Both the position numbers and the translations under genes were made by a program. From a virus, in the IMG/VR virus record IMGVR_UViG_3300025674_000019, positions 1 through 64,000 of that record: a stretch of 64,000 bases of DNA; one strand, 5' to 3'. How positions within the stretch are numbered: the first letter of the stretch is position 1; the number at the start of each line of letters is the position of its first letter. A model generated the notes under the pieces. That model was not told where the DNA came from. It searched no databases and saw nothing but the letters and a program-made list of their open reading frames with translations. Of this stretch, positions 63,260 to 64,000 are shown piece after piece.

Positions 63260-64000
63260 GTGTCGATACTTTCCGGAAAATAGATGTTCAGTAGTAAAAT
63301 GCATTACGTAATGCATTTTTGCTACATCTAGGTTACACACACATGTAACTAAACGTCGTAGACTGTATACAATTTCTGCTACATCTATGTATACTTTCCG
63401 TTTTTCCGTTATACTTTCCGGAAAATAGGTCTGAATAATATCATACACTTAACTGTACTTTCCGTTTTTTCCGCCTATTTTCCGAAATGGATTTCCTTTT
63501 TAATATCATATAGTTACAGCGAAAAATGGCCTACTTTCCGTTTTTTTCGGAAAATACCTATATATAGGTACTGAGCCCTACTTTTTTTTTCACTCGCCAA
63601 AGGGGCCCGTGAGGGGTACTAAAAATAGTTTAATTTTTTTACTTCCTGTATAGGTGTTCAGGTGAGTATATATCGTACTACCTACTGTAATAACCCTTAG
63701 CTTTGGACTTAGGCTTAAGTTTGCATGTAAGGGCAGTAGTTGGACTCCAGAGTATACACAAAGAGTCAACAACTAACTTAAAAAACCAGTAATTCCCTCG
63801 CGCGTAACGTATATATAGGTATATAAGTATTTCCCTGAAAAAGAGGAAAATAGGGTAAAATAGGGGCTAACCCCATAGAATCACTGGGAAAATACTTTCC
63901 GGAAAGTATAAACAGAAAACGGAAAGTAGCCGTAAGTCTATGTAATTGTTAAGATCTATTTTCCGGAAAGTATGGACCAAAAACGGAAAGTATACATAGA
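63260..64000. repeat. AT-rich non-coding region with TACTTTCCG iterons, palindromes and a long inverted repeat (candidate origin)
   Basis: Six TACTTTCCG on + and four on -; arms 63384-63468 and 63916-64000 are inverted copies. Confidence 0.8.

Noticed and set aside
63257-63772. Short ORFs 63257-63448 and 63590-63772
   Set aside because: They lie within the AT-rich repeat region, lack a clear RBS and are probably spurious.
63260-64000. CRISPR array at the right end
   Set aside because: The repeats are only 9-18 bp, irregularly spaced and in both orientations; no cas1/cas2 is present.
1-64000. Stop-codon reassignment suggested by abundant TAG
   Set aside because: Long conserved genes are intact in the standard code, and several end at TAG right before terminators or the next gene.
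1-64000. tRNA or rRNA genes, integrase, transposase, inteins
   Set aside because: None recognised; intergenic space is minimal and polA, nrdJ and terminase appear uninterrupted. tRNAscan-SE was not run.

Overview
The whole window reads as part of a large contractile-tailed dsDNA phage genome (standard code, no cellular housekeeping genes, no tRNA or CRISPR array seen). Mostly on the + strand are replication and recombination genes: SNF2 helicase, two PD-(D/E)XK/Cas4-like nucleases, a ParB-like protein, a probable SSB, primase-helicase, family A DNA polymerase, DinG-like helicase, RuvC, a MoxR AAA and VWA pair, and dCMP deaminase. Mostly on the - strand are morphogenesis genes (portal, terminase, baseplate, tape measure, frameshifted tail chaperone), two sigma factors, nrdJ and thyX. 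The two sets are interleaved gene by gene, with almost no space at divergent junctions. Main points of interest: (1) a retron-like reverse transcriptase with a YCDN active site and altered retron signature motifs, inside a tightly coupled six-gene phage operon followed by a promoter and a structured RNA; (2) the interleaved two-strand layout with shared two-way ribosome-binding spacers; (3) a dispersed family of probable head proteins carrying repeated K-x-A/S motifs and glycine-zipper helices; (4) a bipartite promoter CGCAAAAC-N16-CATAAGAATATG and a conserved T6-9AGCT terminator tail; (5) an iteron-rich inverted-repeat region at the right end, probably a replication origin. All protein calls come from motif recognition by eye; no database search was run.
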